Origin: Dendrobates tinctorius
Taxonomy: Eukaryota
Assembly: GCF_039654945.1 (NCBI RefSeq)
Contig: NW_027361924.1
Coordinates: 4,526,001-4,590,000 of the forward strand
Length of the DNA stretch: 64,000 nucleotides
Reading direction: 5' to 3'
Part shown: one piece after another, positions 46,701 through 58,300 of the stretch
Layout: each line of letters begins with the position of its first letter
Numbering within the stretch: the first letter of the stretch is position 1
The notes under the pieces: model-generated
Database searches by the model: none
Told to the model about the DNA's origin: nothing
The model's input: the letters and a program-made list of their open reading frames with translations, nothing else
Made by a program: the position numbers and the translations under genes

Positions 46701-48540
46701 TCGGTCACAGACGTGTATATCACCGATACGTCGCTCGTTATCGGTCACACGCGTATATCACCGATACGTCGCTCGTTATCGGTCACACGCGTATATCACC
46801 GATACGTCGCTCGTTATCGGTCACAGACGCGTATATCACCGATACGTCGCTCGTTATCGGTCACAGACGCGTATATCACCGATACGTCGCTCATTATCGG
46901 TCACAGACGCGTATATCACCGATAAATCGCTCGTTATCGGTCACAGACGCGTATATCACCGATAAATCGCTCGTTATCGGTCACACGCGTATATCACCGA
47001 TACGTCGCTCGTTATCGGTCACAGACGCGTATATCACCGATACGTCGCTCGTTATCGGTCACAGACGCGTTTATCACCGATACGTCGCTCGTTATCGGTC
47101 ACAGACGCGTATATCACCGATAAATCGCTCATTATCGGTCACAGACGCGTTTATCACCGATACGTCGCTCGTTATCGGTCACAGACGCGTATATCACCGA
47201 TAAATCGCTCATTATCGGTCACAGACGCGTATATCACCGATAAATCGCTCATTATCGGTCACGGACGCGTTTATCACCGATACGTCGCTCGTTATCGGTC
47301 ACAGACGCGTATATCACCGATAAATCGCTCGTTATCGGTCACAGACGCGTATATCACCGATAAATCGCTCGTTATCGGTCACAGACGCGTTTATCACCGA
47401 TACGTCGCTCGTTATCGGTCACAGACGCGTATATCACCGATAAATCGCTCATTATCGGTCACGGACGCGTTTATCACCGATACGTCACTCGTTATCGGTC
47501 ACAGACGCGTATATCACCGATAAATCGCTCATTATCGGTCACAGACGCGTTTATCACCGATACGTCGCTCGTTATCGGTCACAGACGCGTATATCACCGA
47601 TAAATCGCTCATTATCGGTCACAGACGCGTATATCACCGATAAATCGCTCATTATCGGTCACGGACGCGTATATCACCGATAAATCGCTCATTATCGGTC
47701 ACGGACGCGTATATCACCGATAAATCGCTCATCGGTCACGGACGCGTATATCACCGATACATCGCTCATTATCGGTCACAGACGCGTATATCACCGATAA
47801 ATCGCTCGTTATCGGTCACAGACGCGTATATCACCGATAAATCGCTCGTTATCGGTCACAGACGCGTTTATCACCGATACGTCGCTCGTTATCGGTCACA
47901 GACGCGTATATCACCGATAAATCGCTCATTATCGGTCACGGACGCGTTTATCACCGATACGTCACTCGTTATCGGTCACAGACGCGTATATCACCGATAA
48001 ATCGCTCATTATCGGTCACAGACGCGTTTATCACCGATACGTCGCTCGTTATCGGTCACAGACGCGTATATCACCGATAAATCGCTCATTATCGGTCACA
48101 GACGCGTATATCACCGATAAATCGCTCATTATCGGTCACAGACGCGTATATCACCGATAAATCGCTCATTATCGGTCACGGACGCGTATATCACCGATAA
48201 ATCGCTCATCGGTCACGGACGCGTATATCACCGATACATCGCTCATTATCGGTCACAGACGCGTATATCACCAATAAATCGCTCATTATCGGTCACAGAC
48301 GCGTATATCACCGATAAATCGCTCATTATCGGTCACGGACGCGTATATCACCGATACATCGCTCATTATCGGTCACAGACGCGTATATCACCGATAAATC
48401 GCTCATTATCGGTCACGGTCGCGTATATTACAGATTTGTCGCTAATTATCGGTCACAGACGCGTATATTATCGATATTCATAGATAATTATCATTCACAG
48501 CTAATTATCATTCACAGACGTGTATATCACGAATACATCG
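43712..48540. repeat. 4.8-kb CpG-rich 38/40-bp minisatellite (ACCGATACGTCGCTCRTTATCGGTCAC(AG)ACGCGTATATC), ~120 copies
   Basis: Visible period; internal inverted repeat ACCGATA/TATCGGT. Confidence 0.97.
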
Positions 48541-48699
48541 CTAATTCTGTCTCGGGGCTATACAATAATAATGATATTTCTCTTTATTCTGAACTCCGCT
48601 CTGCAGTTACTTTGGGACACGATTACAAAAATAAATTTCGCCCGCCCGAGCGTCGGCGGTGGAATCCCAAGCATGGAGAACCATGTGACCAACCAGCGT

Positions 48700-49030
48700 A
48701 TTTCCTCGGAGGACCACCTGATGTAATCAGAGCTCGGCGGATGACGCAGCCTCACCCCACTGGCTTCTCGTCCTCTCATTGGACGAATCTTCTCGTTCTA
48801 CAGGCGGGGTTTTCCCTTGCTAGGTCAACCAAGCTTGCAGGATAGCAAATCCCGCCCTATGCTCATGATTGGTCTATAAATTGCCTTTATGCAAAATTAG
48901 CCCCGATGAATATTCAGGAGTCAGTCTCATTCCAAGAGTCGAGGTTTTGCTTGTAGGCGTCGCGCGCTCCGCTGAATGGAGCGCCTTATAAGGCGAAGAG
49001 GGGGCGGAGCTAAGAATGGAGCCAGGCTGA
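48700..49030. promoter_or_regulatory. Candidate promoter/enhancer upstream of SREBF1
   Basis: SRE-like CTCACCCCAC (48751-48760), ATGACGCA, two ATTGG, GC boxes (CCCGCCC, GGGGCGGAGC), TATAAA; locally CpG-rich. Confidence 0.45.
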
Positions 49031-49559
49031 GGATTAACCCTCACGTTGCTGAGATGAATTTGCCTGGGAGAACTGAGTGCACAAGTGCATTGAAATTTAT
49101 TTTTTTTTTAATTATTTTTCCAATAGTTTTTTTTTTAATTATTTAGATTTTTTTTTTACTTAATTGCAGAAAAATTGGGCTCCAGCTATCTGGACAGTTC
49201 CTCTTATGTAACATGCTGGAGTGTATTTTAATGGTGTCTGGATCCCTTTAAAGGGGAAATCCATTTTTTTATGACCACCCTCTATCAGGCTTCAAGGGGA
49301 GGCACTGTCACAGATTTCCTTAAAAAATATATTGCTCAGTAATTTGTTTGGGGATCCCGGACCCCTATTGAATGTTATAGACTGACGTGTCCTAGGTATG
49401 TGCCATGTATGTAACAAGGCGGAAAACCCCTTGAAGAAAACATTTAGGGGTCTCCGGGCTGAGCTCAGGTCATGGAGGACGCCTGAGGGGTGTAATCATG
49501 GGCAGAGCTCAAATCACCGCATGGCACACAATGTATAGGGGCACAAGACGTAATCTATG

Positions 49560-50660
49560 ATTAGGGCTAGGAACTGGGATGGGGCTAATCGTAGGGACTG
49601 GGATGGGGCTAATCGTAGGGACTGGGATGGGGCTAATCGTAGGGACTGGGATGGGGCTAATCGTAGGGACTGGGATGGGGCTAATCGTAGGGACTGGGAT
49701 GGGGCTAATCTTAGGGACTGGGTGGGGCTAATCATAGGGACTGGGATGGGGCTAATCATAGGGACTGGGATAAGGTTAGCCCAATCGGCTGGTTTAGAGC
49801 TAAGGTCAGTCTTAGGGACTGGGATAGGGCTAAACTTAGGGATTAGGATAGGGTTAAGCCAATGAACTGGTTTAGGGGTGAGGTCAGTCTTAGGGACTGG
49901 GATAGGGCTAATCTTAGGGATTGGGGTAGGGTTAAGCCAATGGACTGGTTTAGGGGTAAGGTCAGTCTTAGGGATAGGGTTAGGTTTAAGGCTATGGACT
50001 AGCTTATGGACAGGGATTTAATTATGGCTAGGGTCAGTTTTAGGGCTAGGAACTGCGATAGGTCTAATCTTAGGGCTAGGGCCTGGGACTCGACTTGTCT
50101 TAGGGGTAGGAACTGGGATTGGTATAATGTTAGGGCTAGGGGCTGGGACAGGGTTAGTCTTGGGGTTATTAACTGGGACAGAGCAAATCTTAGGGCTAAT
50201 GATTGGGACATGGATAGTCTTAGGGCTAGGGTCTGGGATAGGACTAGTCTTGGGTCAAGGGACTGGGATAGGGTTACGCCTATGTACCCTGATAGGGTTA
50301 GGGCTATGGACTGTGATAGTGTTAGGGCTATGGACTGGTTCAGAGCTCGTGTGAGTCCTGGAGCTAGACCCTGAATTATAGATTCGATCAGTATTAGGGC
50401 TAGGAATTCAAAGGTCTGGTCTTAGGGTTAGGGATAGTTTTAGGGACAGGTATAGTCTTTAAGAATCGGGAAAGGTTTAGTCTTGCGGACTGGGATAGGG
50501 TTAATCTTAGGGCTAGGGCCTGGGATACGACTAGTCTTAGGGCTAGGGTTAAGGTTAGGGCTAGTCTTAGGTCTAGGGACTGGGATAGGTTTAGGGCTAG
50601 GATTAAGCGTAGCGCTAGAGACTGTGATTAGGTTAGACTTAGCGTTAGGGATAGTTCAAT
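49560..50660. repeat. Degenerate G-rich repeat (24-bp TAGGGACTGGGATGGGGCTAATCG core; TTAGGG-like subunits)
   Basis: Near-perfect units 49575-49770, diverging downstream. Confidence 0.85.
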
Positions 50661-51269
50661 GGTAGCACAATTGTTTCAGTAAAAGTGCAAAACACTTGTC
50701 TTGCCCCGGGCGCTGGTGACCCACACTTTACCCTTGATGTAACCCTATTAATAAGAGATAAGAAGCTAAAATAGTCCTACATGAGGTGTATGATAATTAA
50801 TATTTCAAGGCCACGCCTCTAGGACTCTTCTGAAAAGACATCTTATTTTTCAAACGATCACAGGGGCGGAGCTCGCTTCATCACTGACACTTCACGTGGC
50901 TGTTTATTGGTCACAATGCCAGTTGGTCCAGCGGGGACCAGTCCTGGCAGCAGGGTCCCTTTAAGGGACATATTTTGCACCAGATGTTTCAGCATGAAAT
51001 GCCTGGCATTCCGCAGAGCGCTGACCAGGTGCTCGCTGATAAGAGGAGGATATGTGGAATCATTGCACATGGCAGATGTTTTGCTTCCAGGTCATTATCT
51101 GATTATCAAGGTTATGTAAAGAATTTCTTGTTAACCATTAGCCGATACTGTGGACGCACGGATTTGTCTACTGTCTGCGGCGCCGGAGTACGACACGCCA
51201 GATTAAAGTTTATGAACCCGGAGTTGCATGTTCTTCGGTAAGTCAATGTCCCGCTACTTTCATCCTCTT

Positions 51270-53140
51270 TTAATCATCTCACTCTCATCTTCAGGACTTC
51301 TCCCGTGCTGCACCATGGCTCTGGAATTCTCTGCCCCAGAACATTAGACTCACTGCTGACCTCGGGACTTCTGCTGTGCTGCACCAATTTTTCGGGACTC
51401 GCTGCCCTAAATTATTAGACTCACTCCTGACCTCAGGACCTCACCCATGTTGCAATTATTCTCTGCAGCTCACTGCCAGAGAACATTAGGCTCACTTCAA
51501 TGTGTAGGACTTATTTTTCTATACCCAATCTGTGAAACTCGATGCTCTCGGCCATTATTCACACTTCCATCTTTTTCCTGTGCTGTATCAGTTCTAGGAA
51601 ACTCACTGCCATGCACCAATTGACCCAATACTCACTGCCCTAGACCATTTAAGATAACTTCTCCCTGCATATGACCTATTCGTCACAACTCATTGCCCCG
51701 AACCATTAGACCCACTAACATCTTCAGAACTCACTTGTATCCTTATTACAGTCTTCAGGACTTCTCTTGTGCTGCACCTGTTGTATCCTTTTTTACAATA
51801 TTCAGAACTTCTCTTGTGCTGCATCTAGTCTGCCCTGGACCATTAAACTCATTCCCATTTTCAGGACTTCTTTGAAACTTTATCAGTTTGAAAGTCAATC
51901 CGATCTTTAGAACTTCTCTTGTGCTGCACCAATTACTTGGACTTTTAGACTGTGTGCCCATGTTGCGTTTTTTTAAGCGTTTTTGAAGCGTTTGTGCCAG
52001 ATCAGACGCTTCAGAAATGCTTAAAATAAGCATCCCATTAATTTTAATGCATTTTGGCCTTTTTGTGCCAATTGATGCGTTTTTTTTCCGCATAGGAAAC
52101 GCTTAGCGGCTAAAAACGCAGCATGCTCATTATTTTCTGCTTCAGTCCGCATTTTTAGCTGTTTCCTATTAGTCCACAAGACGAGCGGAAAAAAAACATC
52201 AAAAACGCGTGGGTTTTGTGCAAAAAAAGCGCAAAAAACGCACGTTTTCTGGGAAGAAGTCCGGTTTTGTATCAGTTTTAAAACGCTAACGTGGGCACAT
52301 AGCCTTAGACTAACTTTCATCATTTGAACTTCTCCTCTCTTGTGCTGTAACGAGTCTCTGGAACTCACTGCCATGAACCATTATTCTTACTTTCATCTTT
52401 TTCCTTTTCTGTTCTAGGGATCTCACTGACCTGCACCATAAGACCTACCCTTGACCTTGGATTTCTCCTGTGCTGCACCCATTCTGTGGAACATCCCGCC
52501 ATAGTAGATTTAAGATCTCTTCTTCCTGCTCAGGACCCATTGTTCCCAACTCATTGCCCCAAACCATTACTAGGCTCACTTCCATCTTCAGAACTTCTCC
52601 TGTGCTTTACGGATTCTGAGACACTCACTGCTCTGGACCATTAGACGTACTCTTGACCATGAATTTCTCTCATGCTGCTCCCATTCCCTTGAATTCACTA
52701 CCATGGACCATTAGACTCACTCTTATTTTCAGGGCTTCTCTAGTGCTGCACATATTGTGTACCTGTTCTATACTTATGTCAATCTTCAGGACTTCACTAG
52801 TGCTACACCGAGTCTGCCCTGGACCATCAGACTCATTGCCATTTTCAGGACTTCACTTTCAGACACTTCAATTTTTTTACAACTTCTCCTGCGCTGCACC
52901 AATTATTTGGATTGATAAACTAACTACAGAATTGGTCCTACTCCTTACCCTTTGGCTGCACTCATTCTGTGTAACTCCCTCCAGGAACCATTAGACTCAC
53001 TCCCATCTCTAGGACATGTCCTGTGCTGCACCAATTTTATAGACTAGTAGATTAACTTCTTTCCTTAGGACTTCTCTCGTGCTTCACCCATTCTGTGGCA
53101 CTGCCTGCCCTGGACCATTAGACTTGCTTCTAACATTCAC
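51270..53140. repeat. Old degenerate tandem repeat (CCATTAGACTCAC...CAGGACTTCTCCTGTGCTGCACC) with an inserted MITE at ~51950-52303
   Basis: Recurrent motifs; TGTGCCCATGTT...AACGTGGGCACATAGCC inverted ends. Confidence 0.65.
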
Positions 53141-53663
53141 ATTTTCCAGGCACAGATATTGCGGGTTTTTTTGGTGATGAAGGCCACGTATTATTGCTCA
53201 GTTTTCTGGACTCGTGATTTGTTTCTCTGGCATTTGATTTCAACTGACTGTGAAATAGGGAAAATGTCTTTGATTGCCCAATTTCACGTCATTGAATTAA
53301 GTCAGTGGGCAAAGCCATGTGGGTTTTTTTGCTTTCTTTCGGGTTAAGTGCCATTTTTTGTAGCATCAAGTCTGGCATCTGATGATCCAGAAATTCTAAT
53401 AATCTGGCGTGTGCCAAAAATAGTCATATGGTGGAGTACAGGAAAGTGGAGGATCATGTAGGATCTCAGTATAGTGAATGCGAGTTTAGGGGGCCCCAAA
53501 ATGTCCCTTTTGGCCCTGTGCAATAATTGGAGGCCCTGTTGAGATTTTGCATTGGACCAATGATCATCAACGTCCGTCACTGCATATAGAGCTTCAATTT
53601 TTGCCCATATTTCAAAACTTGTATTGATAGCAAAATACAAAAAAATACAAATATATATATATA

Positions 53664-54804
53664 TTCTGTGAAATCAAACCGTCCACTTAGGAAGCAACAC
53701 TGATTGACAATCAACTTCACATGCTGTTGTGCAAATGGAATAAACAGATGGAAATTATTGGCAATTATCAAGACACCCTCAATAAAGGAGTGGTTCTGCA
53801 GGTGGGGACCACAGACCACATCTCAGTACCAATGCTTTCTGGCTGATGAGGATGATCTGAGGGCCCAAAGTCCACAGATGGGGATTGTACTCACAGACCA
53901 ACACCGTGCACGACGCTTAGCATTTGCCACAGAACACCAGAATTGGCAAATTCGCCATTGGCGCCCTGTGCTCTTCACAGATGAAAGCAGGTTCACACTG
54001 AGCTCATGTGACAGACGTGACTGGAGATGCCATGGAGAGGGATCTGCTGCCTGCAACATCCTTCAGCATGACCAGTTTGGCAGTGGGTCGGTAATGGTGC
54101 GGGGTGGCATTCCTTTGGAGGGCCGCATGGTGTTAGGCTGTGAGCACAACCCCCATCTGTGGACGTCGGGCACTCAGACCATCCTCATGCAGTCAGTTTC
54201 TAACCATTTGTGCAGACACATGCACATTTGTGGCCTGCTGGAGGTCATTTTGCAGAGCTCTGGCAGTGCTCCTCCTGTTCCTCCTTGCACAAAGGCTGAG
54301 GTAGCGGTCCTGCTGCTGGGTTGTTGCCCTCCTACGGCCCCCTCCACGTCTCCTGGTGTACTGGCCTGTCTCCTGGTAGCGCCTCCAGCCTCTGGACACT
54401 ACTCTGACAGACACAGCAAACCTTCTTGCCACAGCTCACATTGATGTGCCATCCTGGATGAGCTGCACTACCTGAGCCACTTGTGTGGGTTGTAGAGTCT
54501 GTCTCATGCTACCACGAGTGTGAAAGCACAACCAACATTCAAAAGTGACCAAAACATCAGCCAGAAAGCATTGGTACTGAGATGTGGTCTGTGGTCCCCA
54601 CCTGCAGGACCACTCCTTTACTGAGGGTGTCTTGATAATTGCCAATAATTTCCATCTGTTGTCTATTCCATTTGCACAACAGCATGTGAAATTGATTGTC
54701 AATCAGTGTTGCTTCCTAAGTGGACAGTTTGATTTCACAGAAGTTTGATTTACTTGGAGTTATATTCTGTTGTTTAAGTGTTGACTTTATTTTTTTGAGC
54801 AGTG
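53664..54804. mobile_element. Rearranged non-autonomous Tc1-like element
   Basis: Inverted repeats ~53664-53845 and ~54557-54742; terminus ...TTTTGAGCAGTG|TA; HTH half on minus strand, VLFTDESRF half on plus strand. Confidence 0.85.
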
Positions 54805-55213
54805 TATATTATATGTCTCTATTGGCCTCTTGCAATGTGAGGGTTAACAAGCTGTCTGAACCTGCTGTATAAAGCCTCTGCTTTCAGTGCAGAGCAGAGG
54901 GGGAGTCCAGGATATTATGGGAGGAAGGAGGCTGGCACTGAATATGGGGGGAGGTGGCTGGGTGCTGGGGGTGTACTGGGCAGAGCCGGCACATTTCGGT
55001 GCCTCCTCCTGCTTCTGTTAGCTTCAAGCAGCTACAGTTTGCCTGAACTTCCTTGGTGCTTGTTGTAGTCGATAATATGGGGGGGCTTTTATATTAGACC
55101 CCCACTTTTACCTGCGACTTGTCAATTGCAAAGACTTCTATGGGAATAATGCCCATGCCTGGTAGCTTACAGAAATCCTAAGGACCTTTCCTAGAAGAAG
55201 CAGGACACCAAGT

Positions 55214-55325
55214 ATGGAGATGAACAGCACTGCGTTTGACGAGAGCTCCTTGGACCACCTGGACCCCTCTCTGTCTCTACACGAGAGCAGTGAGATTGAC
55301 ACCGCCTTGCTGAGCGACATAGATG
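55214..55325 (+). CDS. SREBF1: SREBF1 exon 1a (start ATG 55214 or 55220)
   Basis: MEMNSTAFDESSLDHLDPSLSLHESSEIDTALLSDID, GATG|gtaggt phase-1 donor. Confidence 0.9.
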
Positions 55326-58300
55326 GTAGGTGACCCCCTGTGGCAAGCGTCATTGACAGGTGGCAACCCAGAGAGCGGAGCGCTGTGGCATCCCTGTGGT
55401 CTCTTGTTGTATTCTCTACCAGGTTGAACCAACGCGTTTTGAGCCATTTGCTATTTTAGCCGCACGACTTTCTCTTCCTATCCGAAATATCGGGTTCATT
55501 TCCATCGACTTCTATGGAGGGCAACTGTCGGTTAGGTAACGTTAAATTTGCATGTTTCGCCACGCATTATAGCGCTGACGCGTTTCAGGGCACCGCAAAA
55601 GTGTTGCTACCTGGGCTCATCATGGCGACTAAGGAGGGCAAAACTAGTTGTACATTCGCTCTGTCGAAGCTTGTAGTTCGCTGCGGGGGCATTTTTGGGA
55701 CTTACGGAACAATGGAGGGTCAGAGGGTTCTGGGGCAAAGGGTGTATTTCTGGTTGTTTCATAGGGTTCGCCATGTGCCTATGTGGATTCCTAGTAGCTT
55801 CCTAGGGTTGCTGGCTGCGCTTCCTCCCCTTACGTGACGTCACGCAGGGTTACTGTCGGTCACTGTTCTAGTGCTGAGCTGTTTGTCAGCAGTGCTGTGA
55901 ACGCAGTCGCCCGGGGCCGCGAAACAACGGGGGTCATAGTGATTCCCCTATAATAATTATTCATGTTTTTATGTAATCGTCCATGGAGAACAGTCAAGAG
56001 AAATGTTAATTTCTGTGACCCCCGTAGCGTCAGAATAATCTCATTTTGGTATACCGTAAATTAAAAATTCTGTAGACATCTTACATTTTGGGGTCGTTTC
56101 CTATTAAAACACATATTTCCTGCCCACGGGGGAAAAATAATGGCGTCGGTATAATTCCTCAGGACTAATAATACGATAGAAGGCAAATGCCTGAAAAAAA
56201 AAGAAATAAGCAAAATGGGGGCTGTCATGGCGGAAGGCTGTCCACCCTCATTCCCGCCATTCACCTACGTTCCCTATATATATACCCTACATGACAGCCC
56301 CCATTTCACTCTTCACCGAATTCATGTGGTCCAGTTCCTGTGTCGGATGTCGCCAATCGTATGGCGGTGACATTAATGAACGCAAATAGCGATCTGGTGA
56401 ATTATTGGAAATTTTTGGAAATAGATCTGATATATCCATATAGAATCTGACGGACTCGGCATGGGGGAGCAAAATGGAGCCCTATAGATGTCCCACAAAG
56501 TATTTAGAGGGGGTGGGAACATATTTTGGGGGGGTAATTTGAAAGAGGTGTACTAAGAAAATTGTGGGTTTTTTAAACAATTCTGTGGTAAAAAATGTTA
56601 ATTTTCAATGATTTTTGTTTTAGTTATTTGCATTTTTGGGGGAAAGTTGTGTGACGGCCAATATGGCCGCCAAGTCACCTGAGTGACGGCACATGTGAGA
56701 ACCGTGTTCCTGGATCCACAATCAATGTTTTTTTTTTCAGTATTTGGAGCCTACGGTTCTTTTATGGTTCGGTTCAGTCAGTTTGTGCTGATTCGGGAGG
56801 TTTTGGCCGCACAATGCCCCCATGTTTATCTCGGGTACACATCACAAAGGGTAGGCCGAGCTCGCCCCTCCCAGGAGAACCTTCCAGAGGGGCTTTATCT
56901 CGCTGTGGAATTGTAAACATGGCGTATGTGGAAAGTCCTGAGAAGCAAAAGAGCTCAAATTGGTGTCAAGGTATGGCGGTACTATTATCGCCCCTTTGGG
57001 TCTCGGTGTAAAATCGGCACCCGTCAAGTGACTGCTGCCCTTATATGTGAAGGAGAAGGCCTTGATCATCGGATTGGGGGGGTCCCCAGAAAGGACAAAT
57101 GGGGGTGAGTAAAAAAAAACAAAAAAAACGTCAAACTGGCTGAGAATGAACGGTTCACTTCCGTTAACTGTTACTTTCTGTGAAAGTTGGGTCATAACTC
57201 ATATGGCTGCCCCTGTGGTTACCTCTGATTTTTGCCTCCTGACCCAATTTCATAAATTCTTTCCTAATCGGGTCACTCGGCACCGTCTGTGCCCCATATA
57301 GTCAAAATAAATATTTAGCAGCTAAAATGGTGGAAAGCAAATATCAGGGCACTGTCGACCACAGCGGGGTCAGACTAGTAGGGCGCTGACCTCCGCTTCT
57401 CTGAATATTGCGCGTTCTCGCTATATACCCGTGGTGGAGAGCTGGATTTTGTCATTTAAAGGGATACTTCCCATTTAGTAGAGAGTCCACCGCCACCTAG
57501 TATTAGACTCTGCAGTTTTAAATTGGGATACCGCCAGTGGCAAGAATTGTAAAGAAAAGTAAAGTTGGAAGGTAGGGAATGTTCTAGCCGAATATATAAA
57601 CTTGCATATATTTTTAAGCAGATCTCTTAGATCTGATGAAGCCGGTATACTTGCAATGAAAAAAAAAACCTCCCACTTTAGAATGGCTGTTTAAGGCTAT
57701 GTTCACACATTGTGTTATGGATTTAATTGCAGATCTGGCTGCGGATTTCACCCTTCTCCATTTCTAAGGGTTGAGTCGGGTGAAACCCGAAATGAAAACC
57801 CGCTTCGTGCTTTCATTTTCAGAATTTATTTTTTTTTAATGGAAAGGTTGAAAGGGATTTTGAAAAACCCATTTGTTTGTATCGTACTGCAAATGGATGT
57901 AGATTCTGCATCGTGTGAACTGGGCCTAACACTTATTGAACGTCTTTCTGCCTGATATTGAAATGAGCATTTTTTTTTTTCAGGACTTTCATAGTAAGTA
58001 CACCAGTCTCATCAGGTTTTAAAGGATTGGTCTAATAATGTAATACCGCTTCTGGTGTCAGATCCGTTTTGTACGCTATAGCACTCAGGAATTCGGCGTT
58101 GTGAGCCAGTCTCGTAATGTCAGTGACACCGCGCAACCGCGTGGCCTTTTCTTGCGCAATTCTTGTATGTAGGTGACTTGTAGGCCTGTGAATGTCCTAT
58201 AATAACCCGACACTCCGCTGAACGCTAGTAACCTTCAGAGACAAGGCTGGTTCCTCCTCAGTCGATGGCCAGCCTGGGCTGCTGCTTCCATCTTTCGCTG

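Noticed and set aside
43712-48540. CRISPR-like palindromic repeat array / 741-aa ORF
   Set aside because: No unique spacers, no cas genes, vertebrate context; it is a plain tandem array.
49560-50660. Interstitial telomere
   Set aside because: TTAGGG occurs only as scattered subunits of a longer degenerate repeat.
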